Positions 36,659 to 46,424 of a stretch of DNA of 51,211 bases are shown piece after piece; within the stretch, counting starts at the first letter, position 1, and each line of letters opens with the position of its first letter. A model generated the notes under the pieces. It was given only the letters and a program-made list of their open reading frames with translations. It did not search any database and was not told where the DNA came from. Location: positions 1 to 51,211 of IMG/VR virus record IMGVR_UViG_3300020043_004509, one strand, 5' to 3'. This stretch comes from a virus (Duplodnaviria; Caudoviricetes). A program made the translations under genes and the position numbers.

Positions 36659-37569
36659 TTTATATCTGCGACACTAATATCTCCTGATAATACATCTTTA
36701 TAAATTTGCACAGCTTTCTTCATTGCTATTCGTTTTAGTGTCTTGAAGTTAAGTGACTGTACTTTGTCCTGAATCTCCCATATCTCCTCGGTCAGCATGT
36801 CGTGGTATGCAGTGTTCGTTATGCGTGGAATATGCTCTAGGTCAAGTCTCTTATCTATCAGAGGCTGTAGCTTGTTCATAATCTTCTCAATACGCGCGAG
36901 TGTCATGTACTTGTTGACCACGTACATTTCCCAGTAACTGTCACTATGCTTGTTATTACCGCCAAAGGTAACTCCGTTATCCTCCTTAAAGTTCTCAGTG
37001 ACAATCTTTGCATAATTATGAGAGCCAAACTTATCGCGGAACTCGTGGTTCTTAAGCACAACTCCCTCTCCTTTCTCCCCAAGCGTAGATTTACCTACAT
37101 GTTCCATGATTTGTTCCTGTGTTGGGTTATCGAATGAACCGTGATATTCAGGCCGATGGATACCGTACTCATCTGCAATAGCCATGACATGTTCTTTGGT
37201 AAGAAACTCCTCTGCTTCTTCACCGTCTGATACTAGAGAAATATCAAAAAGATAGAAGTGTTTATAGTTAGTTTCGTTGTATTGAATAGTGTGCCGCACT
37301 AACCACTCACCATATAATCGCCATCCAGGATGATTTGCTAGGAGATTTCTGATACCATCATGCGATTTAACGTAATCTACAAATCCATTAAATCCCTCAG
37401 TAAGCTCTCTATTCCGTGAGCCGCATGTGATTTCACCACGTTTATCTACCCATATTTGCCCATTTGCGCCATCAATCTTCTCTTCAATATGTACCGTACC
37501 TTCAAGGATTCCCTCAACTTCTTCCTTACCAAGTCGATGAATCTTTGGATATCTTTTAAATGTTGTCAT
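36655..37569 (-). CDS. RNA ligase (Rnl2-like)
   Basis: 'EKIDGAN', 'SRN', 'LYGEW', 'FYLFDI', 'EGVVLK'. Confidence 0.88.
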   Translation of the reverse strand: MTTFKRYPKIHRLGKEEVEGILEGTVHIEEKIDGANGQIWVDKRGEITCGSRNRELTEGFNGFVDYVKSHDGIRNLLANHPGWRLYGEWLVRHTIQYNETNYKHFYLFDISLVSDGEEAEEFLTKEHVMAIADEYGIHRPEYHGSFDNPTQEQIMEHVGKSTLGEKGEGVVLKNHEFRDKFGSHNYAKIVTENFKEDNGVTFGGNNKHSDSYWEMYVVNKYMTLARIEKIMNKLQPLIDKRLDLEHIPRITNTAYHDMLTEEIWEIQDKVQSLNFKTLKRIAMKKAVQIYKDVLSGDISVADIK

Positions 37570-37651
37570 TATTTACTCATTATTACTAATAGTGTCTACT
37601 AATTGATATACATTGTATATCGTGACTGCGACTGAGGCGGAGACTAGCATA

Positions 37652-37999
37652 TTAGCTTAACTCTATGTCGTGTAACTTATAATGATTTAACACTTGTATT
37701 ACTCCCTTCCAGTTGTAATCATGTTTTTTTATGTCTTGCCAATCTATAGGCACTTGATAGGCTGACTTTACTTCGTTACTCAGCCAGTCAACTAATGCTT
37801 GGATAGCTTCTTCGTATGTTTCATAAAGTTCATTATTTTCCAGTTCACTCATGTAGCCGTAGTGCTCAATACGGTAGACAGGCTCCTGCCCATAGCTCCA
37901 TACTTTGTTTATGTAGAAATGACAATCACGGTCTTTATGATGGTCGCACCCTACATAGTCATACCAAAATTGGGTTAGTTTTAGTAATTTGCTTTCCAT
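37652..37999 (-). CDS. Hypothetical protein
   Basis: 115 aa; 'DHHKDRDCHF' possible metal site. Confidence 0.7.
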   Translation of the reverse strand: MESKLLKLTQFWYDYVGCDHHKDRDCHFYINKVWSYGQEPVYRIEHYGYMSELENNELYETYEEAIQALVDWLSNEVKSAYQVPIDWQDIKKHDYNWKGVIQVLNHYKLHDIELS

Positions 38000-38243
38000 A
38001 TATCAAAGCCTTACGGCGTTAGTTGTTGATGATTGGCTCGCTTACCCAGACCACGACTGTCCACATGCTTGACCCGACACTGTTTGTAATTACCGCACAG
38101 ATTGGCGCAACGCTCGTTTCTTTCACTAGTATATAAACTCTAGCTATTCGTGACTCGGGGGAGTGAACCAACCATCCCTCTAATAATTCTACCTTATTGC
38201 TGCTAGTGCGTCTTCTACCACTTAGGTGGTGATTTTTGGGGTG

Positions 38244-38399
38244 TTAGCACGTAACCAGCGGCACTTCAAACTTTTGCTTATTGCCACAAGCAGGACATTC
38301 ATGCTCGTACAATCCTGGCTCACGGTACTTTAGTGTGGCGGGGTCGTGCTCTGGGTGTTTGCAGCTTGTATCTTCAAACTTCTTGATTTGTCTTTCCAT
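38244..38399 (-). CDS. Small zinc-ribbon protein (start re-called at 38399)
   Basis: 'CKHPEH...HECPACG'. Confidence 0.6.
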   Translation of the reverse strand: MERQIKKFEDTSCKHPEHDPATLKYREPGLYEHECPACGNKQKFEVPLVTC

Positions 38400-38400
38400 A

Positions 38401-38847
38401 CTAACTTTCATTACTACTAATAGGGTCTTGGAGTAGTTCGGGGTTCTCGTAGATGTTGCCGATGACTTGTACATCATAAATATAGTCGGCACCGACTATT
38501 GTGTATAGCTCTCGTCGTAGACCGCTGGGGTACACACATCGAAACTGGGCACAGTCATTTATCCATTCAATTTTTCCTAACAGTTTTTCTTCTCTACCGA
38601 AAGCTGAATCTTCATCTACCTCAATAAATGAGAGAATATCCCCCTCATAAATCTCTTTGCCGTTCTTGTCTTTGAGGCCGGTGTATTGCATAAGTATTGC
38701 ATTTTGAAATTCGTCTTCGTCATAGCTAAAGTCACACAACATTGGATACTCTTTTGACCACTTTAATCCACTCCACGCTATTGCGTCAAATGTGTAGTTC
38801 ATGTATTTTATTTCCTCAACCCACGCTCTAAACTTAATTTGTCGCAT
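38401..38847 (-). CDS. YopX family protein
   Basis: 'IKFRAW', 'LMQYTGLKDKNGKEIYEGDI', 'VIGNIYENPELL'. Confidence 0.92.
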   Translation of the reverse strand: MRQIKFRAWVEEIKYMNYTFDAIAWSGLKWSKEYPMLCDFSYDEDEFQNAILMQYTGLKDKNGKEIYEGDILSFIEVDEDSAFGREEKLLGKIEWINDCAQFRCVYPSGLRRELYTIVGADYIYDVQVIGNIYENPELLQDPISSNES

Positions 38848-38855
38848 ATCTATTC

Positions 38856-39146
38856 CTAATTACTAATAGGGTCTAACGTCTGGCGGATGAGGGATTGGGC
38901 TGTTCTAAGCGTTGCATTTCTTATCTGTGCATCGTGATGGGCTGCCGGTGGTAGATGTGAGTGATTACTTAAATCCCATATCTCCCCCTCTAGTAAATCA
39001 CAGAGTACTTGGGCGATATGCTGGCGGTCTGTGGTGATTAAATTATTTGTTTCCCTATAACCGGCTGGGTCGTCAACTTCGTCTAGACCATTAAGAATGT
39101 TCATTATTTTTTTAGTTGTTTTCTCAACTGGTTTCAATATATTCAT
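38856..39146 (-). CDS. Hypothetical cassette protein
   Basis: 96 aa. Confidence 0.65.
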   Translation of the reverse strand: MNILKPVEKTTKKIMNILNGLDEVDDPAGYRETNNLITTDRQHIAQVLCDLLEGEIWDLSNHSHLPPAAHHDAQIRNATLRTAQSLIRQTLDPISN

Positions 39147-39150
39147 ACCT

Positions 39151-39237
39151 CTATAGGTTAGTTACCCTTACAATCATCCAACAAAGCAACAAGCCTACTA
39201 CTGCCCCTGCTAGTACTCCTAATGGTTCTGGTGTCAT
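39151..39237 (-). CDS. 28-aa single-TM peptide, not in ORF track
   Basis: MTPEPLGVLAGAVVGLLLCWMIVRVTNL*, bounded by a 20-bp direct repeat containing an AGAGGT SD-like motif. Confidence 0.6.
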   Translation of the reverse strand: MTPEPLGVLAGAVVGLLLCWMIVRVTNL

Positions 39238-39241
39238 ACCT

Positions 39242-39598
39242 CTATAGGTTAGTGATGCCGTGTTTGGCGGCGAACTTTAGCTTAAACTCTTGTAATGCCA
39301 ATTTAATACCCATACGCTCCTGTTCTTCGGCATTAAGTTCTCGTTCGGTGTTTTGGTAATCCATTACTGCGAACAGTTCCCCTACCACCTCCCGCAATCG
39401 GGCTTCGTAGTGAAGCTGAATAACATACTCTATGTCTTTTGCGTGTTGTTCAGTAATCTTTCCTTGCAAACCGAGCTGCGCTACCAGTTCCTCCACACCT
39501 TTGCGGGTAGAGGTTTCTTTTTCTGGGGTCGTACACTTTAAACAAACGCTGTCATGGTTTGTCATTTGTACGCATTTTTCGCAGTATTCTAATGTCAT
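39242..39598 (-). CDS. Hypothetical cassette protein with N-terminal Zn finger
   Basis: 'CEKCVQMTNH..CLKC'. Confidence 0.65.
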   Translation of the reverse strand: MTLEYCEKCVQMTNHDSVCLKCTTPEKETSTRKGVEELVAQLGLQGKITEQHAKDIEYVIQLHYEARLREVVGELFAVMDYQNTERELNAEEQERMGIKLALQEFKLKFAAKHGITNL

Positions 39599-39611
39599 AC
39601 ACTATCACTAG

Positions 39612-39800
39612 TTACTCCTTATAATCCGGCAGGTCACATGCTACTCGTATTTCAAGGATGTACCAATTCCATTCTGGTGCGCACCCTCGTAGTTCTTCGT
39701 ACTTTCTATCTTCGTTGTAGTTCGCCAAAGCAGCTACTGACTGACCGAAGTGAATCCAGGCAAAGAGTAGTAGTAGGGCGATGTTTAAGTATTGCAACAT
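39612..39800 (-). CDS. Hypothetical membrane/secreted protein
   Basis: Hydrophobic N-terminus. Confidence 0.6.
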   Translation of the reverse strand: MLQYLNIALLLLFAWIHFGQSVAALANYNEDRKYEELRGCAPEWNWYILEIRVACDLPDYKE

Positions 39801-39809
39801 AGGTTTGAG

Positions 39810-40118
39810 TTACTCCTTATAATCAGCGGGGGTAGGTTGGTCTGTGAATTGGATACATTTAAGCCAACGTCTTTCAGTAAGGGGTGACATAAATGCGTCC
39901 TTGATGTTCTTGGTGACATAAATTATCCGTTCCCTCTCCGCCTTCACAGCCGCCTCTCGTTCTTGGTCTTTCTCGGCTACGAGTTTTAGCATTTGTTCTT
40001 TAGCAGTACTGGCAAGTATTACTTCTGCACTTGGTTCAAACCAGTCTGCTCGATGTTTTCCCGCTTCTACCGTCTTGTTAATTGCACGCTCCCACTCCTC
40101 ATTAGTCTTTGGTGGCAT
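39810..40118 (-). CDS. Hypothetical cassette protein
   Basis: 102 aa, 'AVKAERERI'. Confidence 0.65.
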   Translation of the reverse strand: MPPKTNEEWERAINKTVEAGKHRADWFEPSAEVILASTAKEQMLKLVAEKDQEREAAVKAERERIIYVTKNIKDAFMSPLTERRWLKCIQFTDQPTPADYKE

Positions 40119-40121
40119 ATA

Positions 40122-40580
40122 TTACTTCTTATCTTCATTGGTAATGGGTTGGTCTAGCTCGGATTGGTAGCGGTCTATGATGGTTTGGAGGGTGGCGTTT
40201 GCACCCTCTAATCTTTGCGATACCATCCTGCATATATCGCTACACTTACTTTTCCCAGTTAAACAACTAACGGTATGCTCGTATTCAATCTTCATCCCCT
40301 CCAACTTCACTATCTCCTCCCGTAGCCAGTCGTGGCGGGTTTTCTGTGTCTTTGCATCTGCCGCCGTATGACACATTGCCATAAAGTCTTTCATAGCTTG
40401 TCCACATTCTTTATCTTTTTCTGCGAGGGCTTTCTGTAGCTCTTGGTGGTGGGTTTGTTCCAATTCTTTAATGATTTCATCTGTAAGCTGTTTACGTTGT
40501 CTGAAACACGCTCTACAACACGCGGTGCTTGTAAGCACTTTTTGTTTCTTCTCAATCACCTCTCTAGTGTTATGTGGCAT
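40122..40580 (-). CDS. Hypothetical cassette protein
   Basis: 152 aa helical, Cys clusters. Confidence 0.65.
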   Translation of the reverse strand: MPHNTREVIEKKQKVLTSTACCRACFRQRKQLTDEIIKELEQTHHQELQKALAEKDKECGQAMKDFMAMCHTAADAKTQKTRHDWLREEIVKLEGMKIEYEHTVSCLTGKSKCSDICRMVSQRLEGANATLQTIIDRYQSELDQPITNEDKK

Positions 40581-40583
40581 ACC

Positions 40584-40931
40584 TTATACAGTTTGATATC
40601 TGTCTCGGTTTAATGTGGTGTGTAAATCATCTTTCATATTTGCCCACACAGTCTTTACAATCCAGAAGTTGCCTGGTATAACTGTATATATTACATCTCG
40701 CTCATCATCAAGCTCCATTCTGAGTACATACTTTACGATAAAGTGCTGGTCTGTCTCAATCTCAATCACAGTGCAGTGGCGCAAATTAAGCGTGTTAAAT
40801 GGTTTTATCTGGCCTGTTCTATCAATGAAACACTGTTCTATGGAATGGCGCGTATGCTGTAGGCGTACGTTACCTTCTGGCTTCTGAAACCAATCTGGGA
40901 ATCCTACATCCTTGTGATATAATTTTGTCAT
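40584..40931 (-). CDS. Hypothetical protein, possibly BECR/RelE-like RNase fold
   Basis: 'HTRHS' and terminal 'IVKTVW' strand pattern; family call weak. Confidence 0.45.
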   Translation of the reverse strand: MTKLYHKDVGFPDWFQKPEGNVRLQHTRHSIEQCFIDRTGQIKPFNTLNLRHCTVIEIETDQHFIVKYVLRMELDDERDVIYTVIPGNFWIVKTVWANMKDDLHTTLNRDRYQTV

Positions 40932-41134
40932 TCCCTAAAGATATCAGATACATCCAGTCCTCGGCAAGTGGATTTATCCACAGGTGGCTTATGATAGACC
41001 TGTCTTTCGTCGTAATTAAGGTGCTGCTTGATTCCACGCTTTCGTTTAATAGGCACTTCACGCACTACAGTAAATCCAAAGGGGTCAAATGTTATAGTTG
41101 GTGCACTCACTCGAATGATATTTTCTTCATCCAT
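40928..41134 (-). CDS. Hypothetical protein
   Basis: 68 aa, overlap-coupled. Confidence 0.5.
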   Translation of the reverse strand: MDEENIIRVSAPTITFDPFGFTVVREVPIKRKRGIKQHLNYDERQVYHKPPVDKSTCRGLDVSDIFRE

Positions 41135-41885
41135 GATTGATTAAATTATCTATAGCCTCTAAATAATTATCCATCGTTTGTTCCTCCATGGCGGGGGCGC
41201 AATTTACCTCAAGGACATATACATTTCCGCTAGTATCCTTTATGATATCTACCGCACCAAACACTAATCCTAGAGCGTCTACAGCATCTATAGCGAGCTG
41301 TTCAATGCGCTCAAGCCGTCTAAGATTCTGGCTGCGAAATACCCATCCAGTTCCCAGATTACGCACCATACGTTCATCTTCTGTTGGCGTGTCATCATAG
41401 CGGCGAGACTTCTTCCTGTAGTCTATTACCTTCCCATCAAAGACATGGACACGATACTCACCGTCACCTTCGATTGATTTGGTGTACAGAGGAGCGTGGG
41501 GGAAATCAGTGTCTTCTGGCCGGACAATCTGAAGGCCATTAGCGCTGTGTGATGTTACCTTGTGCCGGGCATACACTACCCCTTCCCAGAATAGAGCCTC
41601 CTCATGCTCTACTGTGAACTCAGGAATCGAAATACCGTGTGCCTGAAGAACCTGGAAACAGGAAATCTTATTCACTGCCTGTGCCACAGCTTCAGGATGG
41701 TTTACATAGCTGAGGTCTTCTGTATGCCACCTAGGTAGTTTTGAGTTACCCCAATTAATAATAATATCATCTTCTGTTGGTCTGAATTTACGGTCAGGAT
41801 ATACCCTCGGTACACCCATCGCACGAGCGAGGTTTCGCCCACTCGTTGAACCCATCTTGTAGGGGTAGATAACTATGCGTGCCAT
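41127..41885 (-). CDS. ATP-grasp ligase (RimK/phiEco32-like)
   Basis: 'IINWG', 'NK', 'EYRVHVF', 'RN', 'FGAVDII', 'VLEVNCAP'. Confidence 0.9.
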   Translation of the reverse strand: MARIVIYPYKMGSTSGRNLARAMGVPRVYPDRKFRPTEDDIIINWGNSKLPRWHTEDLSYVNHPEAVAQAVNKISCFQVLQAHGISIPEFTVEHEEALFWEGVVYARHKVTSHSANGLQIVRPEDTDFPHAPLYTKSIEGDGEYRVHVFDGKVIDYRKKSRRYDDTPTEDERMVRNLGTGWVFRSQNLRRLERIEQLAIDAVDALGLVFGAVDIIKDTSGNVYVLEVNCAPAMEEQTMDNYLEAIDNLINHG

Positions 41886-41963
41886 TTTTGATTTTAAGCG
41901 TTAATTTTTGGTAAGATGAGCATTGTATCGTCTTTACGGTTTACGACGCTCCTAGGGGCAATT

Positions 41964-42776
41964 TCAGGCGTTTGGCGATGTGCTGGAGGCTGAGTCAGGA
42001 TAGCCAATCTTACTCAGGTAGCGATTAAGGTGTTTTTCGACCTCTTTCTCGTTGTCTATGTCAACCTTCAGGACATTGCGGATGTAGGCTGAGATGGCAT
42101 CGGCATTGGTAGGGAGCCAAGTCAGGGGAAAGGCATTGTCAGAGAGGCGCTTGAAGGTGAAGTCATCGGTGCCGGTAGCGCCACGCCACTGGAAGAATTG
42201 CATGAGCAAGAGTGCGATGCGCTGCTCTGAGTTTTGCTCAAGCAAAGGTTTGAGTGTTCTACCTACTCTGCCGAAGTCAACAGTCGGCTTGGTGCCGTAG
42301 GTATTTTGCCATAACAGGGAGTAGAAACTAATCACCCTTTGTAACTTGCTGCGACCAGTTACAGGTAGACATTTTTGACTAGGCTCAACTATATCTTTAG
42401 ATATAGTATCTTGTATTATTATACTTGTATTATTCTGTTCCTCATTTTTGCGGAGGGGGTCTGATAATTTTTGAGGAGCTGACCGTGGTAATTTTTGACT
42501 AGGTGAGCATGGTGTAATCTTGCGAATAGCATCACCTCCACTGCCATCTTTTATCTTAATAGCACCATGGTCTTGCAGCTCTGTCAATACCCTAGATATT
42601 GTTGCTGTACTTTTTTTGAATACGTTTTCAAAATAAGCATTTGATGCAAAACAGTACCCATTTTTATTTGACAAAGCATTTATTTCAGAATAAATAACCT
42701 TAGCAAAACTACTCAGTCCTTCTTGGTATCGTACATTTGCAGGTAGGATACCGTACATGTTTGGCTTATCTTTCAT
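41964..42776 (-). CDS. Replication initiator (N-terminal wHTH, lambda O/replisome-organiser-like)
   Basis: 'ILPANVRY..LS..AKVIYSEI...GYCFASNAYF...TISRVL.EL'; internal DNA repeats. Confidence 0.8.
   Translation of the reverse strand: MKDKPNMYGILPANVRYQEGLSSFAKVIYSEINALSNKNGYCFASNAYFENVFKKSTATISRVLTELQDHGAIKIKDGSGGDAIRKITPCSPSQKLPRSAPQKLSDPLRKNEEQNNTSIIIQDTISKDIVEPSQKCLPVTGRSKLQRVISFYSLLWQNTYGTKPTVDFGRVGRTLKPLLEQNSEQRIALLLMQFFQWRGATGTDDFTFKRLSDNAFPLTWLPTNADAISAYIRNVLKVDIDNEKEVEKHLNRYLSKIGYPDSASSTSPNA
42371..42503. repeat. Iteron-like ATTTTTG(ACTAGG) repeats inside rep gene (putative ori)
   Basis: Copies at 42371, 42444, 42467, 42491; AT-rich tract 42390-42440. Confidence 0.6.
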
Positions 42777-42835
42777 AGGCTGATGATACCATACATCCTG
42801 TTGTATTACAACTAGTAATTCTATGTATCTGTGTT

Positions 42836-43927
42836 CTAATCTTCTTCATACCGAATGTCTCGCTGATATGGTGAAGGAACGCCTGATAATTGCTCATCAA
42901 GCTCATCATATTCCCGCATTTTCTTCTCAAGTTTACGGTTGATTCCGGCAATTTCCTCACGTATTGCTTCTGATTCAGACAGGTCTCGAACAGTCAGAAG
43001 TTCTCCTCGCCAATACTCACGTTCAGACTCAAGAACAATGATATTCTCATCAATAAGTTGTAGCTGGTCATAGCCATAACTGTAGGCATCCTCACTGTTT
43101 TTGAAGTCACGTACCCTTGGCGTTGCTGCTGGTAGTGTGAACCCCATACGTGGCTCCTGAACAGTCGGGTTTTTGTATGTTGTACCTATATGAACTTCCA
43201 TGCTGTGTAGACTGCTATCATCATAGTTTTCCCAGAATATTACTCCTGTAGGCACGGCCTCTCCGTCATTGTGAGAGTGAAAGATATCATAGTTACCCTT
43301 CTTATGCTTCACAGGGCGATAGAATAGAGGATTGCCTGTGTTATGACCCCAGATGCGCTTAATAACACGGTTCGTGCCCTTCTCTATCTGGTACATCATA
43401 AAGGCAATAGTGCCAGCCACGTTGATGTCAGTGATTACACCCTCCTCAAACAGGGCAAGCTCTATAGCGAGCGACTCACTGTCGTTGAATTTGGTGTGCT
43501 GGTCTAAAAGGAAAACCTGACCAAGATGCGTCACACTTTTTCCCACTATGTGTTCTGTTGTATACTCAAAACCAATCTTCTTATGGCGGTCTCGTGCCAG
43601 AGAAGGGGTTTGAATTACACCGTTATGGATAACCATGTAGTCATATTTCAGACCTTTATTACTCACCACGATAGGGTGTGTAGCAAAGATTAAGTTGTCC
43701 GTCGATGTCGGTTTTCGGTGGTGAAACATAATTTCAGGCGCTGTCTCTTGACTAAGCATCCGAAGTATATCCTTTTCCTCTGTGGCTCGCTCAATACGCG
43801 CCACTCCGTAGTCTACAGCGATGTAGCCAAACCCCTCAGAGCCGCGTGATTTCTGCTTTAGATACGCCTCCTGAATGATATTGGACACTCGCTTGCTCTT
43901 GCGTTTAGCAAAGATGATTCCGCACAT
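42836..43927 (-). CDS. Class II (Ntn) glutamine amidotransferase
   Basis: N-terminal 'MCGI', 'SRGSEGFG', 'HHRKPT', 'HP', 'IHNGVI', 'DSE'. Confidence 0.9.
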   Translation of the reverse strand: MCGIIFAKRKSKRVSNIIQEAYLKQKSRGSEGFGYIAVDYGVARIERATEEKDILRMLSQETAPEIMFHHRKPTSTDNLIFATHPIVVSNKGLKYDYMVIHNGVIQTPSLARDRHKKIGFEYTTEHIVGKSVTHLGQVFLLDQHTKFNDSESLAIELALFEEGVITDINVAGTIAFMMYQIEKGTNRVIKRIWGHNTGNPLFYRPVKHKKGNYDIFHSHNDGEAVPTGVIFWENYDDSSLHSMEVHIGTTYKNPTVQEPRMGFTLPAATPRVRDFKNSEDAYSYGYDQLQLIDENIIVLESEREYWRGELLTVRDLSESEAIREEIAGINRKLEKKMREYDELDEQLSGVPSPYQRDIRYEED

Positions 43928-45105
43928 TAGATTGGTTGTTTAAGAAGTGTATAATGTTCAACAAGTCGCTTAACATAGCGCTCCATACGTCGATTAAGCC
44001 CTAGGAATCCAATCATAGCACGTGTCTTTTCTGATATGTCTTTTATGTCCTTTAGGGCAATCATGTCCTTTAAGTCAACACCGTTTCCAATCTTTTGAAT
44101 GATTGAATCATGTAGCTCTACCCATAGTAGAATCTTCATGTGGTCAGTTGTTGGTGGGTGCGAACGTACCTCGATGGTTCCATAACGATACCATAGACTA
44201 TGTAGATTGATGTCATGGTAACGACTATCATCACGTTTATTACGTACACGACGCTCTACACCATCTATAGAAGACTCACGATACCACAGTCGCCTGATTT
44301 CATCGTATGATTCACACGACTCAATCTCGTCAAGAGTAAATACCTCCTCAAGCGGCACACAATAGGCATTGCGTATCTTGCGGCTGTCTGGCACCATAGA
44401 CTGCATTACGTCACTGAATAAAGTGTAGAAGTAGAATAGGTTCTTAATCTTATAGAATGGCTCTGTTTCTTCTGTCTCGACAAGAGTTAACAGATTACGA
44501 CGCAGCTTCATCTTTGATGACAGAAACTCCTCAGTTAGTTCAGTTTTACCAGACTCGACAATAGCGTTTAATTCATCCCTGTTTACTGAAAAAATAGTTG
44601 GTACTTTTCCTGAGTAAACCATAAAGTCTCGGTCTCCCACGCCTCTACCATAGTAGAATTTTGGCGATACCCCCTGAATTGATGAACAGATACGAGCAAC
44701 GTCGTACTGAGTGGTATTCCCCGTGCGTTTGCTAAGTATCTCAACATCACGCTTTGATATGCGTGCAATTGCACGGCCAACGATAGGCTCAGAATCCTTG
44801 ACTAGCTCATAATGCTTGTCCTGTAAGTAATCATGCGCCCCAATGTGCACATGAACGCTACAAGAAGTATTATCAGATATTACATGATTGTCATTGAGGA
44901 TAGAGCATACCTTCTCTATGATTTTGCACCCATCTTCACCCATTAGAACTGGCGTAACAATCTCTACCGGCGATATAGTCTCATCAAGAGAGCCATCACG
45001 CATCATCTGCATATTCCCTGGTAGTTTTTCCCGTACAAGCTGTCGGTAGTCGTCATTCTCAAACCCTACTTCAAGCTCAACTCCAAAGGTGCGATTAATT
45101 TCCAT
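43927..45105 (-). CDS. Amidoligase (Amidoligase_2, phiEco32-like); start re-called at 45105
   Basis: 'FGVELE', 'DGSL', 'EIVTPVL', 'CSVHVHIG', 'RY..IN', 'TIEVRSH'. Confidence 0.88.
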   Translation of the reverse strand: MEINRTFGVELEVGFENDDYRQLVREKLPGNMQMMRDGSLDETISPVEIVTPVLMGEDGCKIIEKVCSILNDNHVISDNTSCSVHVHIGAHDYLQDKHYELVKDSEPIVGRAIARISKRDVEILSKRTGNTTQYDVARICSSIQGVSPKFYYGRGVGDRDFMVYSGKVPTIFSVNRDELNAIVESGKTELTEEFLSSKMKLRRNLLTLVETEETEPFYKIKNLFYFYTLFSDVMQSMVPDSRKIRNAYCVPLEEVFTLDEIESCESYDEIRRLWYRESSIDGVERRVRNKRDDSRYHDINLHSLWYRYGTIEVRSHPPTTDHMKILLWVELHDSIIQKIGNGVDLKDMIALKDIKDISEKTRAMIGFLGLNRRMERYVKRLVEHYTLLKQPI

Positions 45106-46072
45106 AGAGCAATATTTTCTCGATGCCCGGATTGTAAACATCGTGCTCCTTCCAGTAGTCTGCCCCTATTTTAGTGATGTCAAATCCGTTCTTCATACGA
45201 TTTAGGAGACTATCGAATGTGCGAGAGCTAATTGTGTAGTATTCAGCTGGATATATCTCACCTACATGCTCCGTAAAGAATGCTCTCAGACGCTCAAAAT
45301 TGACCGTAGCGAGGTTTTTATCGTTGTTGTTGATGGCAGACACCACATCCTCACTTGGCACCAAGGAGAGCAATTCCTGGTCAAGGTCATTGTGTACGAT
45401 GTGTACCGCTTCTCGTGCTAGTCCATACACTAGTGACAGGTACGTGTAGTGACCGAGCCAGAAGTTGCCCAGTGTACGATACTCTACTCCGTATGACTTG
45501 TCACGGTACTCTCCAGCCCGTCCATAGGTCTTACGACGCTCTACCTGTGTAGGGTCTTGGTCAAAGGCAACAGATATGTTACCGACCAATAGGTCTAATA
45601 CAGGAACCAGACGCTTTACGTCAACCAAATCCTTATCAAACGATAGGTGGATGTGGCCTCCTGCTGGACGGAACATATAATGCTGAGGGTCTTTTCCCAC
45701 AGGATTTTCTCCATATACATTTGCTGATGGTACACATCCAAACATCTTGGAGTCCTCTGATAGACGTGCAAATGAATTTGCCGGAATATCATACCCGCCA
45801 CCGAGCACAATATTGTACCCAATCTCATCAGCAAGTCGGTATGCCTGTCTAACACGCGATGATATTTCTTGGCGACAAGTTGAGGGTGCAAAGTTCATCT
45901 CTCCCTGAAAACCATCGCGTATCAATTTTGTAGCTCCGCTTTCGCTAGTATAATCACCATCAGGTAGTGCCACCTTTGATTCAACTACTTTTTCCCCCTT
46001 GAATATTGTACCCTTAGACTTAAAGAAAAACTCAGGGTCTCCTCCAAGTCCTACCCAAATCTGTTTATTCAT
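45095..46072 (-). CDS. COOH.NH2 ligase type 2 (phiEco32-like); start re-called at 46072
   Basis: 'GGDPEFF', 'DG..GE', 'FGC', 'GGHIH', 'RR..YGRAGEYR.K.YGVEYRTLGNFW'. Confidence 0.9.
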   Translation of the reverse strand: MNKQIWVGLGGDPEFFFKSKGTIFKGEKVVESKVALPDGDYTSESGATKLIRDGFQGEMNFAPSTCRQEISSRVRQAYRLADEIGYNIVLGGGYDIPANSFARLSEDSKMFGCVPSANVYGENPVGKDPQHYMFRPAGGHIHLSFDKDLVDVKRLVPVLDLLVGNISVAFDQDPTQVERRKTYGRAGEYRDKSYGVEYRTLGNFWLGHYTYLSLVYGLAREAVHIVHNDLDQELLSLVPSEDVVSAINNNDKNLATVNFERLRAFFTEHVGEIYPAEYYTISSRTFDSLLNRMKNGFDITKIGADYWKEHDVYNPGIEKILLYGN

Positions 46073-46424
46073 ACGCAATATCAATGACATCTCGTGTATA
46101 AGCTTCAATTCTCTCCCCTCCGAGCATATCCTCGCTCTCAACTACCCACATCGTTGCTTCTCCGAATGGTGTATTGATAGTTGTCTGGACATAACCTGCC
46201 GAAACTTCCATCATATCGAGAGCCTCAAATGTCTCTTCGCGAACCTCAAATACCTCTACCTCGTGCTCGCCACCATCTTCTGTAAGGAATAAGCGTGGGT
46301 ATGCACCGTACACAAGGCTCATAAGGCCGCGCACCACCATATTACCCAGATAAACCTGCTCACCCATCCGTCCGTGATTGTAGAACTCCCGCTTGAGACT
46401 ACCGTATGTTGCAATTAATTTCAT
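46065..46424 (-). CDS. Gamma-glutamylcyclotransferase (AIG2/GGCT-like)
   Basis: 'YGSLKR..NH', 'YP', 'LD.ME..GY'. Confidence 0.88.
   Translation of the reverse strand: MKLIATYGSLKREFYNHGRMGEQVYLGNMVVRGLMSLVYGAYPRLFLTEDGGEHEVEVFEVREETFEALDMMEVSAGYVQTTINTPFGEATMWVVESEDMLGGERIEAYTRDVIDIAYE

Noticed and set aside
39143-39824. CRISPR mini-array
   Set aside because: Repeats occur only in pairs, separated by whole ORFs; no regular spacers or cas genes (the 32077-32916 nuclease sits in the replication operon).
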